Positions 60,589-64,000 of a stretch of 64,000 nucleotides of DNA are shown here, piece by piece (position 1 is the stretch's first letter; each line of letters opens with the position of its first letter). Source of the stretch: an uncultured Bacteriovoracaceae bacterium (GTDB taxonomy: Bacteria; Bdellovibrionota; Bacteriovoracia; Bacteriovoracales; Bacteriovoracaceae); the NCBI GenBank assembly GCA_964012805.1, contig CAXGUD010000014.1, positions 25,159-89,158 on the forward strand, written 5' to 3'. The notes under the pieces are model-generated. The model ran no database searches and had not been told where the DNA came from. It saw only the letters and a program-made list of their open reading frames with translations. Made by a program: the position numbers and the translations under genes.

Positions 60589-63500
60589 ATGAACCATAAA
60601 CAAGGTTTTTTGAAAAAAAACTTAAAAAAAGTGAGAAAGGCAAAAGCTTTGCCATTAATAGCATATATCGCTATTTCTATCATCATTACGCCAACTGCCT
60701 TTGCCCAAGTTAAAACAGCTTTTCTTAGCTCCCCTATAAAGATCGAAAATCCAGTTATCCTTATCACAATCAGCCTTTTTGTCTTAGGTTTAATTAATTG
60801 TCTTTTCCAAGTTTTTTATAAAAAGCAAAAAGAAGACCTATTCACCTTGTTGGCCCTAATATCTGCCGTATGTTGGTCGCTTGCAGGACCTATATTCATC
60901 CCTATTCTTATCTTCGCTATTTTTAAAAGGGCCCAATCAACACTTGAATGGGAATCTTTCTTTCCTCAAACAAAAAGGACCCACAAAACCTTTACTCTTA
61001 TAGCGCTTTTTCCTCTTATAGGTTTTTTAGGATTACTCTCTTCAAACTCATTAGTCACTAAGGCCATCATATGGCTCCCATCCCTCATCATGTCTGGCTT
61101 TACATTTTTTTGGGTTCTTAAGAAGAGGCTAAAGTTAAATGCTAAATCAACTCCCTTTGCCCTTTTTACGGCTTTCATCCCCCTTGGTTTTTTCCAAACA
61201 AATAAAGAGGGAGCACTTGTTTTTACGTTGATTATCATCATTATTGAACTTTATGAAATAGCAAGAGACCTAAATGACAAAACTATAAATGAGAAAAGGC
61301 TAAGTAACGTCCAGGATGAAATGGCCACACAGTTAATGATTGAGGGAATCAATCTATCCACATCAATAAACCAACTAAATTATATTCTGGATAATATGAG
61401 GCAATCGTTTTTTATTGTCGACGAAGGAATGATCATCAATAACCCAATTTCTCAATTTTCAGAAGAGCTCTTTGGACAAAAAATAATTGGAAAAAATATT
61501 TTTGAGACCATTTTTCAAGAAATTAAGGAAGGCTCAGAAGAGCATGCACTCATTTCATTTTGTTGGGAAACTATCTTTGATGCAGATGAAACACAGTGGA
61601 TTATGATTAACAACCAATTCCCTTCAAAAGTAAATATTTCTTCAAAAGCTGGCTCAGGAAAAAAGATTCTAAAAATTGCCTATTACCCAATTTGGAATGA
61701 GCAAAACTTATTATCAAATATGATGATGGTTATTGATGACATTACAGAAATGGAATTTCTTGAAAATAAAATGAGGCAAGAGAAAGAAATATCAAATAGG
61801 CGTATAACAATCCTTCATGAGTTGACATCAAATAAAAGGAGTACCTTAAAACCTTTTTTCCATCAACTTGATGAGAACCTCAAAGAGGCTCTCAAATGGT
61901 CAAAGTTAATGAGGGAAGATATTAAGAGAAAAAAGAATAATTTGCAAAGTATGGAAGCCCTTTTTAAATTTCTCCACATTATCAAAGGGTCTTCAAGACA
62001 ATTTAGCTTCACATTCATATCAAGAAAGACCCATGATATTGAAACTATCCTCTCTCAAATTAATGAGTTAATTAAAAAAAGTGAACTGGATGACGATGAA
62101 AGGTATAAAAATACTTCCATTAAAACTGATTATCTTTTAAAGGAAATGGACCAGCTTGTTGGAATTATTAATGGATATATTAAAATAGGAAAAACACTTC
62201 TTAATCTTGATTTTCCCGAGGATTCTGAAACGATCAGACATATACACGAAAATCTGAAGAACTTTGATGTTTTCATTTTCAAATTATTCCAAGGTCAAAA
62301 ATTCAGCCTCTCTACTAATGAAGAGATTATTGAAGCAATTAAGATTAAGAGAAAAAATCCAGCAAAATTGAAAAACTCTATTTTAAGGCTTCAAAACTCC
62401 TGTTCGCTCATTGAAAGTTACTCCATAGTTTTAAACGAAGAGGATATTTCAAAGTCTGCACACAAAATAAATTACTTTTTAGAGACCTTTTCTTTAAATC
62501 CCGATACACCGGAAATAGAAAGTGAAAGAGAAAATCAAAATATTATACAAAACTTTATTGAACCGCTAAACCAATTAAGAATTGAAGGCATAAAGCTTTA
62601 TTCTTCATCTAAAACATTCCACAAAGAAACATTTAAAATATCTTCAAAAGACATATGGGCCAAAGCAATTTTATATGTTTATTATGAAACAAAAAATATA
62701 ATGAAAAAGGATAAGGTTCACCTGCCTTCCCTCTCAAAAAATATTACAAGAATTAAGGCCCTATTTAAGGCCAACCACTTCGAATATGCCACTGGAGTAA
62801 TAAAAATAATTGAATCACTGCTTATCGAAGGAGACTCCAAACATAGTTTTAAAGAAATGAAGTTTTCTCTTATAAAATTATGGAAGTTTTTTGCGCTTTT
62901 ATTTAGATTCGACCTAGATCACTCAGTTTGGGACGAGGAAAACGATGAGTTTTTTGACTCTAAACGATTTCTTCGAAATGAATACCATACCGACTATTCT
63001 TTATTTCAAATTTTTCTTCTCAATATAGATGATGATAAGCAAATAGCTTATGATATTTTTAAAACAACAATGAAATCTCTTATGGGCCTTGATGAAAAAG
63101 AGGTTAATGACCTCTTTTTACCCGATAAAAGCTTCCTCGATTATTACGTTGAACTAGGGAAGAAGTTAACAGATAGGTTCAATTCAACGTCTCTCCAGAA
63201 TTTCAAAAGTGATTTTTTAATTAAAAGAGATTTTTCTATCTTTCAACAGCTGGAGGACCACTTATCAAACCAAAAGTTTTCCTGGATTAATTACCACCAA
63301 AGCTTAGATATATACAAGTTGTTTCGCGCTTATTTCAATATTTCAAAAGTAAGAGAAAAGTTTAGAAGACCTGATACTTTAGATGTCTTATCAAAAAATT
63401 TTGAAGAATCTAAAAAGTATCTTAAAAGGACCTTTCAGGATCTTCCGGAAGAACAAAGAGCAACAATTGACATTGCTTTTGAAAAGCTTTTAGGTCTTCC

Positions 63501-64000
63501 AGTAAAGTTCTCCCTATCAAAGTTTTACAATCTAGTTAGTGATATATCACAGAGCCTCAATAAAAAAATCCAATTAAAGATCAGCGGAGATGAAGGTTCT
63601 TTATTACCTGATGATTTTAACCAACTCCAAGACGCTCTCATCCATATATTAAGAAATTCAATGGATCATGGTATAGAAAGTCCCTCTGAAAGGCTTGAAC
63701 GGGGAAAAAAAGAGATGGGTACCATTGAGATTTCTTGCGAGGAATCTAAAACAGGGTCCCTAAGGATTGTGGTTAAAGATGACGGAGGTGGAATTAACCT
63801 CAAAAAAGTCGAAGAACGGGCCATAAGGAATAATATTTGCACCCAAAAAGAGCTCGATATAATGTCTCAAAAAGAAAAGATCGATCTCATTTTTCTTCCA
63901 AACTTTTCAACCAAAGATACGGTCAGTGAAATTTCCGGAAGAGGTTTTGGAATGGATGTTGTAAAATCAACCCTTGAAAAAATTGGTGCTAATCTTGACG
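60589..64000 (+). CDS. Membrane-bound CheA-like kinase (multi-TM-PAS-Hpt-HATPase), paralog of 31763..35248; 3'-truncated by window edge; missing from ORF track
   Basis: Manual translation, same frame from ATG 60589 to the window end: hydrophobic N-terminus; ILDNMRQSFFIVDE..IINNPISQFSEELFGQ; Hpt LFKFLHIIKGSSR; DALIHILRNSMDHGIE; KDDGGGI; SGRGFGMDVVK. Confidence 0.9.
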   Translation, partial: MNHKQGFLKKNLKKVRKAKALPLIAYIAISIIITPTAFAQVKTAFLSSPIKIENPVILITISLFVLGLINCLFQVFYKKQKEDLFTLLALISAVCWSLAGPIFIPILIFAIFKRAQSTLEWESFFPQTKRTHKTFTLIALFPLIGFLGLLSSNSLVTKAIIWLPSLIMSGFTFFWVLKKRLKLNAKSTPFALFTAFIPLGFFQTNKEGALVFTLIIIIIELYEIARDLNDKTINEKRLSNVQDEMATQLMIEGINLSTSINQLNYILDNMRQSFFIVDEGMIINNPISQFSEELFGQKIIGKNIFETIFQEIKEGSEEHALISFCWETIFDADETQWIMINNQFPSKVNISSKAGSGKKILKIAYYPIWNEQNLLSNMMMVIDDITEMEFLENKMRQEKEISNRRITILHELTSNKRSTLKPFFHQLDENLKEALKWSKLMREDIKRKKNNLQSMEALFKFLHIIKGSSRQFSFTFISRKTHDIETILSQINELIKKSELDDDERYKNTSIKTDYLLKEMDQLVGIINGYIKIGKTLLNLDFPEDSETIRHIHENLKNFDVFIFKLFQGQKFSLSTNEEIIEAIKIKRKNPAKLKNSILRLQNSCSLIESYSIVLNEEDISKSAHKINYFLETFSLNPDTPEIESERENQNIIQNFIEPLNQLRIEGIKLYSSSKTFHKETFKISSKDIWAKAILYVYYETKNIMKKDKVHLPSLSKNITRIKALFKANHFEYATGVIKIIESLLIEGDSKHSFKEMKFSLIKLWKFFALLFRFDLDHSVWDEENDEFFDSKRFLRNEYHTDYSLFQIFLLNIDDDKQIAYDIFKTTMKSLMGLDEKEVNDLFLPDKSFLDYYVELGKKLTDRFNSTSLQNFKSDFLIKRDFSIFQQLEDHLSNQKFSWINYHQSLDIYKLFRAYFNISKVREKFRRPDTLDVLSKNFEESKKYLKRTFQDLPEEQRATIDIAFEKLLGLPVKFSLSKFYNLVSDISQSLNKKIQLKISGDEGSLLPDDFNQLQDALIHILRNSMDHGIESPSERLERGKKEMGTIEISCEESKTGSLRIVVKDDGGGINLKKVEERAIRNNICTQKELDIMSQKEKIDLIFLPNFSTKDTVSEISGRGFGMDVVKSTLEKIGANLD

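Noticed and set aside
60573..61241. Two short minus-strand ORFs in the track
   Set aside because: They are shadows of the long plus-strand kinase starting at 60589.

Overview
Low-GC bacterial chromosomal window, densely coding. I recognised no rRNA, tRNA, CRISPR array, transposase, integrase or phage gene. Gene content and order (M23 peptidase-secA, prkA-yeaH-spoVR, class I LysRS, many secreted hypotheticals and stand-alone receivers) suggest a Bdellovibrionota, Bacteriovoracales-like predator; this is an inference, not a database result. Housekeeping genes include proS, class I lysS, valS, rpsN, rpmG, dksA, pckA, menB, gcvP, rsmJ, pepP, fadIJ, secA and glpD. Two real genes are absent from the ORF track because they run off the edges: an aspartoacylase (<1..592, minus) and a >1100-aa membrane-bound CheA-like kinase (60589..>64000, plus). 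Best candidates for a second look: (1) a dispersed chemotaxis-like phosphorelay with two paralogous membrane-anchored PAS-Hpt-CheA-type kinases (the complete one has two Hpt domains and no CheW domain), seven stand-alone receivers and a CheX-like protein, several behind sigma28/FliA-like promoters; (2) a zinc-free cluster of DksA, S14 and L33; (3) a single-chain fusion of split-type GcvPA and GcvPB; (4) a secreted PLD with Cys-rich repeats, divergent from a predicted secreted metallo-hydrolase and beside an acyl-CoA ligase; (5) three 'archaeal-type' aminoacyl-tRNA synthetases. None of these can be shown to be undescribed without searches.
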